The notes under the pieces are model-generated. The model searched no databases. It saw only the letters and a program-made list of their open reading frames with translations, and was not told where the DNA came from. This document shows, piece after piece, positions 24,127 to 37,968 of a stretch of 64,000 nt of DNA. The DNA lies in assembly GCA_043228905.1 (NCBI GenBank), contig JBHGNT010000002.1, forward strand, positions 23,374,001 to 23,438,000, in the 5' to 3' direction. Made by a program: the position numbers and the translations under genes. The stretch's first letter is position 1, and every line of letters starts with the position of its first letter. The DNA comes from Azolla caroliniana (Eukaryota > Plantae > Polypodiophyta).

Positions 24127-25129
24127 TGTCGTGAAGTACGAAAGCTTCACATTAAAAGTCTACAATAAGATAAATACGTAATGAAAATAAAATAAACCTT
24201 TATAATGTTAATAACATACTATGATAATATTATACATTATATGTAGAGACAAAAAAATATATATCTATTATATTACATGGGCAAGAGAGGACTTATAACA
24301 CTCAAAGGTCACCATTTAGCCTATACTAATAATTTACAAAATAATATATGATTTGAAGTAGTATTTTATAGTCTAAACCATGTAATATAATACATGCACA
24401 AAATTACATGGGCAAAAGAGGACTTGAACCAACAACCCCAACCTTATGGCATTCACACCTTACCATTTAACCTATACTTATAATGTATATATATAAAAAA
24501 CTGTTTTCATTTTAAGTAGTATTATATTGTTTAAACCATCAAACGTGCTACATGTGCACCATATAGCACATATGCAAGAGCCTCTCTGCATGTGCGCCAC
24601 ATGGCCCACATGTAGAACCATCTCTTCCCTAGAAAAGGAGAAGTATAGACCAAGGGAACCAAGAAATAAGATGGAAATGATTATATTGGATCTAGAGAAA
24701 GATATATTGTGATAGAGAAAGAGAGAGAGAAAGGTATTCTTAAAAGAGAAAAGAAGAACTAGCTTTGTGGTGGTGGTCCTCAACTTGCAACGGAAGGGTG
24801 GCGGTTCGAATCTTATACTTGTCGAGAGATTGAAGGGAAGACTATGGTCTACCATCAAGAAAGAGAAGAGCGATTACCTTGTGAAACAAAGCTCGAAGGA
24901 TCAACAATGCTCGCAATCATTTTGTAACTCATTCATCAAATAATTATAAGTTTCTTTCATTCCTTCAAATATCATTCTATATCCCATCTTGTCATATCTT
25001 GTTGATCTTTATTTACTCTATCTCTACTCTTTTGTCTCTTCCATCCATAATCCTAGTGATTCCTTCCTCACTTTCCCAATATCTTCTGTCGACACAACGC
25101 TACGCTTCTAGGCGAGCCACGCCATGACA
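24127..25129 (+). mobile_element. AT-rich gypsy solo LTR
   Basis: TGTCGTG...CATGACA termini with 4-bp TSD ACGC; contains an antisense tRNA-like box at ~24410-24478. Confidence 0.78.
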
Positions 25130-25161
25130 ACGCTTATAGTTCCACTAGCGTTATCATTCGG

Positions 25162-25438
25162 AGTTTGATCCCGTGTGAATCACCTAAGCAATAGATTAGA
25201 TCAATTTTAAATACAAGTATGAAAGCCTTAATAGGTTTGTTATTTCCACCACATTATCCTAAAGTTCGTTGTCTTACATTGTCCACAATTATATACATAT
25301 GGTTTGATCCCATATGAACAAACTGAGGAATAGATTAAATAAACTTTAAATACAAGTATTAAATACTTTAATAAGTTCGTTATTCCAATCACATTATCCT
25401 AAAGTGCACTATCCTACATTGTCCACAATTATATACAT
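25162..25438. repeat. Direct duplication of ~135 bp
   Basis: GTTTGATCCC...TTTAAATACAAGTAT...CACATTATCCTAAAGT...TACATTGTCCACAATTATATACAT occurs twice in tandem. Confidence 0.75.
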
Positions 25439-26758
25439 GCAAGTATGGGTCAAAGTATAAATTATAACTCATTTTATTAGTATGGTTACAAGTACACCTC
25501 ATATTTTTGTAACACTTACCAAATTAATATAAGTCTTTAACTTAGTGTTTCCCATGTCGCACATTAGTGACATATTGCGCCATTGTTGAACTTTATTATG
25601 CCTACATTAACTTATCAACACGTCCAAACTTGCATGATTTCTAATGATCTCCACTCGTAGACCTATCATGTATTTTTATATTTGCAAATTCTAATCAAGT
25701 TGTGGAACATGTGATACTAGTGCATCCAATTTTTGTAGAGAGGATATATTTGGATAGTTTCAAGAAGATTCTACAAGTGGAATGCGCAATCCTTCCACTT
25801 GTGACCACGAACGTGTTGGTTAAGGATTTGACAGGTGTACAACAAGGTCGTGGGTTCAAATCCTTTCGAGGCATGATGTGAGTGTCATTATGACACTATC
25901 CCCCTTCTTCGACGACACGTTTCACGGGTCATAGGGTTTGTATTAGGACCTAGTTTACGAGGATATTGGCAATGAAATGAAGTGAACATATCCGCAGTAT
26001 TGGAAATACTTGCGGCAGGTTCCCAAGTTCAATCATTGGTGGTATAGCCTAGCCAATCAACCAAGTAATACAACTTGTTGCACACGATTTTAGAATCGAG
26101 AATGACAACAACCTCAAATTTGGGTCCATCCAAGAACTCAACAGGTGGGGGGGGTGTCGTAAGACAGCCCGGAATTGAACTTGCAGTATAAGGTTCCAAA
26201 AGGGATACATGAAACACCAGATGAAGACACATGTGTGGAGGGAGGCCAAGACGAAATGCAACATCACGTAATCTTACCAGTGATCATGTAAGGGCCAAAA
26301 CGTTGGTAATCCAATTTACTACAAGGCCGAGTGGTCTTGATGTGGTGTTGGAGAAGCCATACATGATCCCCAATGCGGAACTTTTTTGAGGAGTCTAGGC
26401 GATGACGATCCACAAGCCTCTTGTGTGTAACTTAAGCATCATGCAAATTATGGAGAATGGTAGCGTGAATTTCTTGGAGGCGACTAAGACGATCCTTAGC
26501 AACAGGGTTGGTAGGAACGTGTGGATGCGCATTCATCGTCCACCAAGGATGAAAGCTTGTATTTGCGAAAAATGGGGAATATCCTGTAGAAGAATGGGCT
26601 GAGTTGTTGTAAGCGAATTCAGCCAAGTACAAAAAATCAACCCAATCATCTAGTTGATAGTTGATGAAACAACGAAGTTATTGCTCCAAATTCTGGTTGG
26701 TATGCTCAGTTTGGCCATTAGTCTCGGGATGATAGCCTGAAGAAAGCCTAACCGAAAT

Positions 26759-27469
26759 TGACAGGAACTACACGTTCCCTATACGCAACGCTCGACTACA
26801 ACCGAGCTTAGAATCATACACAGAAAACGGGAAATAATGCATGACACTAAGAAGAGAAAAGTACGCATGATGTTTACGTGGAAAACCCAAACTAAGGGAA
26901 AAACCACGGCAACCCACAGGCTGCAAACTATCACTATGTTAGAATGTACAACAGTGAGTTCACGGAGGCAACGACCTCGTGCTCACGATCTTCGCCACAG
27001 GCGGCGGTTACAACAGAGGCAACAACCTCTTTCTCTCTCTCTCTCACTCTCTGTACACAGTTACGCGCTCACTCTATCCTTGCACCAACAAGAATATGAC
27101 AACAACAGTAGTAACTAAAAGTTTGCCCTAAGTCATATTTATACTAATATGACTTTTCGGCTATTTACAAATATAGCCTCGATGGACTCTCAGAAACATA
27201 TTTACAAATATGTCTCTTCATCCGGTGAGCATTCCTCACCAGGTCTGCACCATCCGGCTCTCCGTAGCCGGGTACTCCTCATCCGGTTCTCACCGGGTCT
27301 GCACCATCTGGCTCTTCGTAGCCGGGGGGCTCCTCATCCGGTCTTGACCGGGTCTGCACCATCCGGCTCTCCGTAGCCGGGGACTCCTCATACGGTTTCG
27401 GCTTCGGCCGAGTTTGTTCATTAGCACTGTTCTTCTCCCTTCCCATCTGGAGGGACCTGTCTCCCAACA
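26759..27469 (-). mobile_element. Copia solo LTR inserted in the chromovirus integrase
   Basis: TGACAGG...CCCAACA with 5-bp TSD GAAAT. Confidence 0.92.
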
Positions 27470-30400
27470 GAAATGTGGAGAAGTTTGAACATGTGCTTCC
27501 AAAACTTTGAGATGAATTGTGAACCACGATCACTAATAATATCATCCAGCAGACCATGTTGACTAAATACCTTCCGCATAACGAGATCGACCACCTCTTC
27601 ACTAGTAATAGACTTCGTACATGGCAAGAAGTGTGCCATTTTGGTAAGTCGATCCACCACAATGAGAATTGCATCAAAACCTTTTGAAACTGGGAGATCA
27701 GTAATGAAATCCAAGGATATAGACTTCCAAGGATTTTCCGAAATGGGAAGTGGTTGTAGTAAGCCATAGGATCGGTGTCGAGGACTCTTTCATTGACAAC
27801 ATATATCATAGCTACGAACATACTCCTCAACAAAATGATGAAGGAGAGGCCACCAATAGTGTCGAGAAATTAAATCTAGAGTTTTGCGAACTCCAAAATG
27901 ACCAGCCATTGGTGAGTCATGGCAATGTTGTAAAACTTGTAGTCGTGGGGGACCATCAGGAACATACAATAGGTTTTGCTAAAACAGAAAACCACCATGC
28001 CAATAGAATGACGATGGTCATTACGAGAGTTTTTCGACTGTGAGCAAGAAGCGCAATCCGGGACGATATGATCCAAAACATCCTTGGCGAATTCATCAGT
28101 GGCCATATGATCTCAAATAGAATCAAGAAGAGTGGAATCTTCAAGTGTTGTTATGGCATTAACTACCATTAATCGTAGGTGATTAGGATCCAAAAGGATT
28201 TGTTTTTTATGCTCGAATGCAGGTTCCCCTGGATGAAGTTCCATATAAGAGCGCCGAGAAATAGCATCTTTGTTGCCTTGTTGCATCCCAGGGCGATATA
28301 TGATGACAAAGTCGAAGTGAGTCAAAAATTGCGCCCACCGGGCTTTTCGCCGACTCAAGACTTGAGCATTTTGAAAATATGTCAGGTTCTTATGATCGTT
28401 GTAAACAATGATCTACTGAGAAGAACCTTCTAGAAAATGTCGCCATTGTTGAAAAGAATCCACAATTGCAAGAAGTTCTTTGTCATGGATCTTGTAGTTG
28501 ATCTCTACAGCTTCAAACTTTCGGGAATGAAAAGCAATAGGGTGTAGCTGTCCATCATCTCCAGTCTGCGATAAGACACTCCCTAGTGCAAAAGCGGATG
28601 CATTGGCTTCAAGGATGAAGCGTTTTGTTGGGTCGACATGTACTAAAATAGGTGTTGTTGTAAACGCTCGTTTTAAGCTTTCGAATGCCTCGGCTGCATC
28701 TGAACTCCATATAAATGGCTGATTTTTGTGTGTGAGTTGAGTGAGTGGAAGCATGACTTTGGAATAATCTTTAATAAATTTTCGATAAAAATTTGCAAAC
28801 CCGAGAAAACATTGCACATCCCGCACTGAAAGGGGCGTTTGCCACTCTAAAATTGCTTGTACCTTCATGGGTCCATAGCAATACCATCTGATGATACAAC
28901 ATACCCCAAAAATTCCACTTGATTCTAACCAAAACTACACTTTTCTAATTTTGCGTAGAGTCCATATTCTCGGAGTCGACGCAGTAGCTGACGAACATGT
29001 TCATCATGCTCCTCTTGATTCTTTGAGTAGATTAGAATATCATCCAGGTAAACTATCGTGAAGATAGCGATAAAATCTCAAAAAATATCATTCGCCATAT
29101 GTTGGAAAATTGCAGGTGCATTTGTGAGACCGAATGGCATCACAGTATATACTCAAAATGTCCATAGTGAGTGCGAAAAGTTGTCTTCCATTCATACCCC
29201 AAGCGAATCCGAACTAGATTATATGCACCGCGAAGGTCTAACTTTATGAAATATTTTGCTCCACTGAGACGTTCCAAAAGATTCGAGATTAACAGTAGAG
29301 CATATCTATTCCGGATAGTCACTTTGTTTAGCCCTTGATAATCCACGACCAACCGAAGAGTCCCATTCTTTTTCTTGACGAAGAAAATAGGTGCGCCCGC
29401 AGGGGATCGAGAATGCCGAATGAATCCGTTTGCCAGATTCTCATCAATATATTCCTGCAAAGTCTCTAGCTCTATAGGGGAGAGATTATAAATTGGGCCC
29501 CATGGAGATTTTTTCCCTGGTTGTAAGTCAATAGGGCAGTCGTATGGCCGATGCTCCGGAAATTTATTGGCCTTTACCTTATCAAAGACATCTGAGAACT
29601 CTTTGTATTTCTCTGGTAGTTTAATGTCTGCTTCATGTAAAGTGGATGATGGAGTTGCTACTATTGCGAAGATGAACATGGCCTCGTTCCCCCCTTCCTC
29701 ACACAACTGTCGTAGAGAGATGGTCGATAACTCAGGGGATCTAGTATCACGTGTCGGAGAGAGGGATGCAGGGTTATGGAGTTCAAACCAAGGGATCTCC
29801 TCAATTGTTCTTTTCATCCAATCAATCTTCGGGTTATGGAGTTCAAACCAAGGGAGTTCCAAGCTATGAATAATGTTGAAAGAGATTATGCTTGCCAAAT
29901 CGCCAAGAACTATCTGAATTGGCTCAGACTCCTCATCTATATCTCCTGATGCTATGGGACGGCCATCAATGACTCCTACGACTACTGGGCTTGGGAGCTT
30001 ATTCAAGAGGATGTTTTGTGACAAGGCATATTCACGATCCATGAAACAAGAGTTGGCTCCAGAATCTAAGAGGGCAGAGGCTAGGACTCGATCACATGTA
30101 ATTGTGGTAAGCTCGACTGGTGCAGAAAAGACTCGACTCACTTGATTTGATAAAATGGAACCACGACTAGGAACTAACTCTACATAGCTAGGATGGTCCA
30201 ACCAAATGGCTCCTATTTTGGCCGAACTTACTCGTTTAACACATCCTCAAATTGGCTCAAGACATCGAATCTATTTTCATGGCATGGATTATGAGGCTTA
30301 CTTATGTTATTAGAAGTAACAATGGAACTCGAAGTAGGGTTGTCATGGGCACTTACTTACTTGGTATACTTGACGTCTAGGTTTATGTGGAAAATTTACA

Positions 30401-32428
30401 ACTATATGTCTTGGGCCGCCACAATACAGGCATAGGCGATGCGCTCGATGACGTTGCTTCTCAGCATCTGATAAAGGCCCACGATGTTGTGTTGACTCTA
30501 TTTCCATCGGAGTTGGGCCATCCCTTGTAATGGGTCTAGAAACATGTGGAGGCGTTGCGACAACGGAAGCGTAAGTCTGTTCTGGTTGGCGGCGTAACAT
30601 TTGTTGGCACTCAGAACATCGCTCAAATATGCGATTATCACATCGCACGGCTTGACTAATGGCCTCTGTAAGCGACTTCAAATCTTCAGGGAAAGTAAGA
30701 AGAAGATCTTTGACATCATTTCGCAAACCTTGACGGAATTGATCCATTAAGGCCGCCTCATCCCAAGGGATATCGCATGCCAAGAGACGAAAATCAGCTA
30801 CGTAAGCCGACGCGGGACAATCGCCTTGTCGGAGCCTCGAATCTTGTTTATCGTTGTCCTAGTGTTGTCGATGTCTCCAAAACTAGCTTGAAACTCCTTA
30901 ACAAATGCCTCGAAATCCTCCAGCAACGGCGATTTCTTCTCGAGAATTGGTGCGAACCATGCTAACGTTGTACCGCATAGCAAAGTTCCCACTAATCCCA
31001 CACGAGTAGCGTCAGTTGGATACCGATTGGGATGTAGCTGAATAACCAGACGAACTTGATTCGAAAAGCCTCAAAATAAAGACCTTGTACCATCAAACTT
31101 GGTGGGAAGGCTAATCTTTGGTTCTTTCGGGGAGTTTTGAGCCCTTGACGCTCATTCTCGTAATGATAATATAGTTGCCTCAAGTTGGTGAACCCGTTGT
31201 GATAATTCTTCATACTGTTGAGCTTTTTCGGTGCTCACATGTTGCAGGTCTCCAAGTAGCCTTTGATTTTCATGCTCTAATGCCACAAATTTATTTGTGA
31301 GCATGTTGAGCTCAGAAAGAACAGACATATACTCCTATTTGCTCACGGACTCCATAGCTTACAAGGGGAGAGGAGAAGGAAGAAGAGAACTTGTTAGGGT
31401 TTGTGGAAGAGGAAGAAATGAAAAAAAATTGATTCAAACTGTCAAGACAGAGAAAGAGAGAGAGATTATGTTATCATCTTCAGAGGTCAAATATGACCTA
31501 TGAGACAAAAAATTATTACATTTCACATGATACGTGTGAAAGTGAGTAGTGACTCTCGATGTTCAAGAACTTTACCAATGAATGTTGCAATTGAGAGTGC
31601 ACATTGTGGTTGTGAGAGGAATTCATGCAAAGATTGGGCTCGGTCGAAGAGATGTGGAAAGCATGGTCGAATATGATCAAAGGCAGAGCATTGTATCAAA
31701 GTGTGGTACTCAAACTCGCGAACTTGTTTAGGGCAAAGTGTGCATAGCCGACCACTCTCATCACTTGTGCCCCAATGCCCTGTTTCACATCGCAATGCAT
31801 GTGAGCTAAGTTGCATGGAAGCAATGGTTCGAATGGCAGATAACGGTATGGGCTCTAACATGTATCGATGTGTACGATTTCCCCGTTCCGCAAAGAATAT
31901 GGTTTTGTGGTTAGGTGCAACATGTGTAGTATAATGTATGAAGCGTGAGCCTCCACATTTGTCCCATTTCATGATACATTGGCGTTGCAAGAAGGCCTCA
32001 TTTACAGAGGAATCTAATGATGCATCATGAAGCAAGTGTCTAGCATCCCATCTACCAAACCATTTTTCTATATCTTGCATCCAACCAGAACACAAAATTT
32101 TGCTTTTATGGGTCTTTTGGATCTTTTTTCTTGCTTCCCACGCAATTCTAGGAAGTCGATGTGAGGGACTTTTTTGAACCTTAAGCATGTATTCAACAAC
32201 CCTTTCCATGGCCATGATCTCAATGGGAAGCGATCCCGTCTCAAGGAGGAGGAGGGTGTAGGGCGTTTGTTTCTTAACTTGTAGAAACTTTGTAAGAAAA
32301 TGTTTTCGGACATTTTCAAACTCTTTCCACATAGATTTAGGGATGCTACCGCCCCATACTTCCACCCCATAGAGAAGAACCGGTGTCACCAAAGTGTCGA
32401 AAAGATATTTCTTGAGGACCCAACACTT

Positions 32429-32704
32429 TGTTGAGAACTTGACGTTCCTTATGTCCAACACTCGGCCACAACCGAGATTCTTTACATACACAGAAAAACA
32501 GGTAATTAAACGCGACACAAAAGAGGAGAAATGATACACAGGAGGTATACGTGGAAAACCCCAAAATAGGGGAAAAACCACGGCAGCCCACAAGCTGCAA
32601 ACTGTCACTATGTAGGAATATACAACAGTAAGATCACTGAGGCAACGACCTCGTGCTCTCAGATCTTCGCCACAGGCGGCGGTTACAACAGAGGCAACGA
32701 CCTC

Positions 32705-32739
<35 letters not shown>

Positions 32740-34723
32740 CAGTTACGTGCTCTGATTTCTTCTTGCACCAACAAGAAAGAATAACCACACAAAAACGACA
32801 ACAACTACAAAATTGCCCTAAGTCATATTTATACTAATATGACCTTTCGGCTATTTACAAATGTAGCCTCGATGGGCTCCATCCGACTCTCCGTAGTCGG
32901 GTACTCCCCATCCGGCTCTCCGCAGTCGGGTACTCCTCATCCGGTTCATACCGGGCCTACACCATCCGACTCTCCGCAGTCGGGTACTCCTCATCCGGTT
33001 CATACCGGTTCTTCGACACTATTCTTCTTGTTGGGATTACGGTCCCTTTCGGATGGGATGGTCGGATATCGGAGATGAATGCCGACAAGCCCGGTTTCGG
33101 TTTCGGAACCGGATGATGAAGACCCCGGCTTCGGAGCCGGATGACGAATGTACCCGGAGCGGGATCCGGATGCGGGGACATATCTGTGAATATGTTTGCC
33201 AAGGGCCCTTGAGGCTATAGTTGTAAATAGCCCCAAAGTCATATGTGTATAAATATGACTTAGGGCAAACAGTTTTCATGTTGCTTATCATTTTTTCTGT
33301 TTTTCCACTCAAGAGGAGTGAAGAGAGAGCAACCGCGAGAGAGATAGAGCGTGAGAGAGGAAGAGGTCGACGCCTCTGTGTAATTCCGCCGCCTGTGGCG
33401 AGGACAGCGAGCTCAAGGTCGTCGCCTTGCAGCTCGCCATTGTATATTTCTCTGTGCATAGTTTTGGTTCGGAGTCTTATACTCCCGTGGTTTTTCCCGT
33501 ACAGGGTTTTCCACGTTAAATCGTGTGTCCACTCTATTTTTCGCATTTCCCATTTTCTGCAACAACGATTCGTGTGTTTCCTTGGTTGTGGCCGAGAAGT
33601 GAAGTTTGGAAAGTGACGATTTAATTTCCATCATCATTTGGTATTAGAGCGGGTTGCTGCAGAAAATGGAAGGCGGCGGTAGCGGGCAGCCGGGGATGAT
33701 GGTGCTGAATGCGCAGAATTACGCCGACTGGAAGATCAAGATGGAGGATCTTCTGATTGTTCGGGACCTGTACGAACCGATTGACAGGTCGGAAATACCG
33801 AAGGGGGTACTTGAGTCGGAATGGAGGCTTCTGAACCGGAAAGCCGTTGCAACCATTCGGCAATACGTCGACGTGAGCGTTCTACAACATGTGGCGAACG
33901 ACATCAACGCATATGAGATGTGGCGGAAGCTGTCGGGCCTCTACGAGAGGAAGAATGCGTTGAACCGGACCTCCCTGATGAGGAAGATAGCGAACCTCAA
34001 GTACCGGGACGGCGAGAGTATGGTGGAACACGTAAGCACGTTCATGGGATTCGTGAATCAACTTGCGGCGATCAAGTTCCCGTTGGAGGACGCAATGCAA
34101 GCCATCATCCTGATGTGTACATTGCCGGAAAGCTGGAAGAACCTGGTGGTGACTCTCAGCACCTCCTGCACCGAAGATAACTTGTCCCTACAAACGGTAA
34201 AGACAAGTATTTTGAACGAAGAAGCGCGTCGGAGAGATAAAGAACCGGCCTCCGACTCGAAGGCGCTGCTTACCGAATCAGAACAGGGAAGACAGGAGGA
34301 GTACCGACTTAGGGCAAATAGTTTTCATGTTGCTTATCATTTTTTCTGTTTTTCCACTCAAGAGGAGTGAAGAGAGAGCAGCCGCGAGAGAGATAGAGCG
34401 TGAGAGAGGAAGAGGTCGACGCCTCTGTGTAATTCCGCCGCCTGTGGCGAGGACAGCGAGCTCAAGGTCGTCACCTTGCAGCTTGCCATTGTATATTTCT
34501 CTGTGCATAGTTTTGGTTCGGAGTCTTGTACTCCCGTGGTTTTTCCCGTACAGGGTTTTCCACGTTAAATCGTGTGTCCACTCTATTTTTCGCATTTCCC
34601 ATTTTCTGCAACAACGATTCGTGTGTTTCCTTGGTTGTGGCCGAGAAGTGAAGTTTGGAAAGTGACGATTTAATTTCCATCATCACTTCTACCTTCCCAT
34701 CCGGAGGGACCTGTTTCCCAACA
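32429..34723 (-). mobile_element. Copia solo LTR (second subfamily) carrying a nested element
   Basis: TGTTGAG...CCCAACA, 5-bp TSD CACTT. Confidence 0.88.
33029..34685 (+). mobile_element. Gag-only copia mini-element: 5' LTR 33029-33636, PBS 33639-33650, gag 33666-~34300, 5'-truncated 3' LTR ~34305-34685
   Basis: 5-bp TSD CTTCT; PBS TGGTATTAGAGC; intact UBN2-type gag (LNAQNYADWKIKMEDLL...LPESW). Confidence 0.88.
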
Positions 34724-35615
34724 CACTTAATATCTCCAAGATTGCATGTGTTCTCAAATGCATAGTATGCTCGCTTACCCGCCTCTAAGCGGCGTGTAGC
34801 ACATTCATTCTACCTATGATTTGAAGGAACTTTAAGGCCAAGATATTTGAAGCTTTCCACACATTCAAGTGGCTCATTGTTGTACATAATGCATGGTTTA
34901 TCTCTTTTTTGGCTCTTCACAAGCATAATCTTTGTTTCAGAGCTATTGACACTTAATTTAGTATGCATGCAAATTTTTTCCAATGCCTTCATAAGCTTTT
35001 GTGCATCTCCTAAAGTATTTACAAAAATCACTACATCATCTACATATATCAAAAGCATAATCACAACATTCCCAATGGCAACTTCTTCAACACATTCTTC
35101 CTTTGCAAACTTGGTAACCATTTCTTCCAATTCATCAATGCATAGACCAAATAGTGTTGGTGAGAGTGGGCATCCTTGCTTAACACCAATAGTGCTTAAC
35201 ACCAAGAGAGAGAGGAAGGGAAATATTGTATTACAGAGTAAAATGGATTACAAGGAGTAGGCAATAGAGTGCTACAAAATGGCGTTGAACCAATTTAGGT
35301 TTGGGATGATTGATAGATCCCTATTTATAAGTAATAGAGAACACTCTAGAATATTCTAGGTCATCCTAGAATGTAGAGTAATCTAGAAGGTTTCTAGAGT
35401 ATTCTAGAAGGTTCTACAGTTGTATAGAACACTCTAGAATATTCTAAGTTATTCTAGAATGTAGAGTAATATAGAACAGTCCTATGATATTAGATTATAT
35501 ATTCTAAAAACTATACATATAAGAATTTTAATACAATGGTTAAGGATTTGACATGTGTACAACAAGGTCATGGGTTCAAATCCTTTCGAGGCATGATGTG
35601 AGTGTCATCATGACA

Positions 35616-36941
35616 TGTGCACATCCTCGACGAGAAGTGACAAAAGCTCGACCCAAAGTCGGAGAAATGTATCCTCGAAAGATACTCACTGGAGCAAAGG
35701 GGGTACAAGTGTTATAACCCCTCTATTCGAAAGGTTCGTGTGAGTCACATCCCCGACGAGAAACGACAAAAGCTTGACCCAAAGTCGGAGAAATGTGTCC
35801 TCGTAAGATACTCACTGGAGCAAAATGGAGCAAAAGGGGTATAAGTGTTATAACCCCTCTACTCAAAAGGTTCGTGTGAGTCGAGATGTCGTTTTCAATG
35901 AGTCAGCATCATGGTACGCACCATACATAACTTCAACCTTGACTCAATTTGACCCAGAATCAGCCGAACAAGAGATACAAGAAGAAGATCGACAGAGATA
36001 CACATGTACGAAGACAACCTGCTTACGACAAGGCTTAGTGGCCCACAAGAGCCTCCAAGTGATCACAACTCATCTCGGCTGACTCCAAAGCTAGACAAGG
36101 GGAAGGCCAAAATGCCAGAATATGAAGATCGGATGGACAATGAGTCAACTCACTCCCTCGAATGTGAGTTCGAAGGCCCCGACATCCGGATAAATGGAGT
36201 GAAGAAAGCATTAGTCTCTGCGAAGGAGAAGCTACGTTGGTCCACCTTTGAAAAGAATCCCATAAGCCGATTCGGCTACAATGAGTACATGGTGTATCAT
36301 TATGCGGCACACCTTTATGATAAAGGTAGCAATTGTCCGAGAGCCGGAAACATTTTTCGAAGCCGTGAAGGACTTGCGATGGGTCGATGCGATGAATGAA
36401 GAAATGCAGGCCTTGTGCAAAAACAAGACATGGGATCTTGTTCCCCAATCACCTCACAAGAAAGCAATTGGTTGCAGATGGATCTATAAGGTCAAACACA
36501 ATGCTGATGGCTCAATAAATCGTGTCAAAGCATGACTCATCGCAAAAAAATGAGAATATCATCTAGGTAGATGACCACAAAATGGTCATCTACATGTCAT
36601 CTACATTGCCGAGCTTGAGGGGGAGTACCGAAAATACGGAAAAATATCAATAATCACCGACCACTAGACAACAAAGCCGAAAACTAATTCAGATATTCAG
36701 GTGAAAAACCAAAAACTGATTTAGTCGAATCGAAACAACTTTTCGGCTTCTAAAAGTTGTGTTCGAAGGGACGTGTAAACAATCGAACACAACTTCCCAT
36801 AGGGACAATGTTCACACTAGTCAATGGACAACATACTAGGATAGATTTGTAATTAGTAGAAAGGGCATTTGCCCTAGATTAGTTGGTATTTAAACCAATC
36901 TTTTGTAATTGTTGGATGTAATATACAAATTTCTTGTTTAG

Positions 36942-36990
<49 letters not shown>

Positions 36991-37085
36991 ACACACACAC
37001 ACACAAAGCTTGCTTCCGCTGCATAGCACTGTCTACGCCTTTCTTTCTTAACACCGGTCCACAATCTTGTACTTCATATCTACTC
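35616..37085 (+). mobile_element. Deleted copia remnant of a third family: integrase C-terminus, RT start, PPT, probable 3' LTR from ~36626
   Basis: KLDPKSEKC (duplicated ~130 bp), KGYKCYNP..RVSRDVVFNE, EPETF..W..AMNEEMQAL..NKTWDLV; PPT TTGAGGGGGAG. Confidence 0.75.
36944..37003. repeat. (CT)n(CA)n compound microsatellite
   Basis: Directly visible. Confidence 0.95.
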
Positions 37086-37087
37086 AG

Positions 37088-37556
37088 GTCATTCGATCCG
37101 ACCTAACCATCCTCTTGAAGTCTGCGATGACCTCGTACATTTCGACAGAATTACCCGGTCTTCGCTCAGGTCTGCGTCAATGACCCTCTCGATCTCCCCG
37201 AGGGTGTCATCGAACGAGACCGCCTCCATGGCACCACTTATCGAGTCTTTGGGGTCCAAGGCTCTACACCCCTTTAAACGTCTTTCAACTTGCTTCTTCT
37301 CTCGGTCACCAATGCCAGTTGTAGTACTACCTCCGTTTCCGAAAAGCCAAAACTTCCTACTTAATAGTGTACAAGTGTGGGGTTTCCTCCTGCTTTCCCG
37401 ACTATCGTGGCCCCACACCTTGATAGCCCTCTCAAAAAATCCTCTCGGCCTTCGCCTTCGAGAGAATCTCGATTCCACTCGTGGTTCGGTTGCACCGTCA
37501 AGAACTGGATGGAGTGTCAGCCATCCTGACTCTTCACCCTCGTGTAGGCTGAACCG
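37088..37556 (-). mobile_element. Phygy-like gag-pro/pol junction fragment
   Basis: RGFFERAIKVWGHD...EAVSFDDTLG, homologous to the ~44000-44300 and ~61000-61300 regions. Confidence 0.8.
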
Positions 37557-37968
37557 TTGTCCAGCACTTCAGAGCAATGTCAAGAATCTTCTCTTAAACT
37601 TTCCCGAGCCAACCTCGTTATCCCAAGCGATTTCACAAGCAGTCCATTGTGACAATCGTCTTTTTGAATTTCGCTAGGAAGAGTGCTAGACTTGGGGTTC
37701 AACTTGACAGGAACTCATGCCCCCTTCTCGCAACGCTCGGCCACAACCGAGCTTAGAATCATACACAGAAAAAAATGGTGAAAGAATGCACGACACGAAG
37801 AAGAGAAGAGTACACAGGATGTTTACGTGGAAAACCCAAACTAAGGGAAAAACCACGGCAGCCCACAGGCTGCAAACTATCACTATGTTAGAATGTACAA
37901 CAGTGAGTTCACGGAGACAACGACCTCGTGCTCACGATCTTCGCCACAAGCGGCGGTTACAACAGAGG

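Larger units (their letters stand above)
31523..35200 (-). mobile_element. 5'-truncated RTE-like LINE (31523-32428 + 34724-35200)
   Basis: GVKQGCPLSPTLF, IYVDDVV, FKYLG, PVLLYGVEVWG, ETGSLPIE, C-terminal CTLC...EYHTLIQC. Confidence 0.78.
25805..35615 (-). mobile_element. Degenerate chromovirus (Tcn1-like gypsy): gag 30343-31213, PR/RT 29140-30201, RNase H 28113-28868, integrase, chromodomain ~25960-26130; LTR remnants 25805-25895 and ~31440-35615
   Basis: ALLDSGA, PAGAPIFFVKKK..LRLVVDY, KLDLRGAYNL, DFITDLP, ILDSK...YYLVDWLGY..WEP chromodomain; PPT AAGAAGGGGG; both LTR ends read TGTCAT(A/G)ATGACACTCACATCATG. Confidence 0.85.

Noticed and set aside
29771-29856. PWFELHNP duplicated in the chromovirus protease-RT linker
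   Set aside because: Short local duplication in a decayed copy; nothing suggests function.
31523-32788. 421-aa ORF as a host gene
   Set aside because: Chimera of a copia LTR read-through and the RTE-like LINE C-terminus.
35340-35480. TCTAGA-rich short repeats
   Set aside because: Ordinary short repeats inside the chromovirus LTR.
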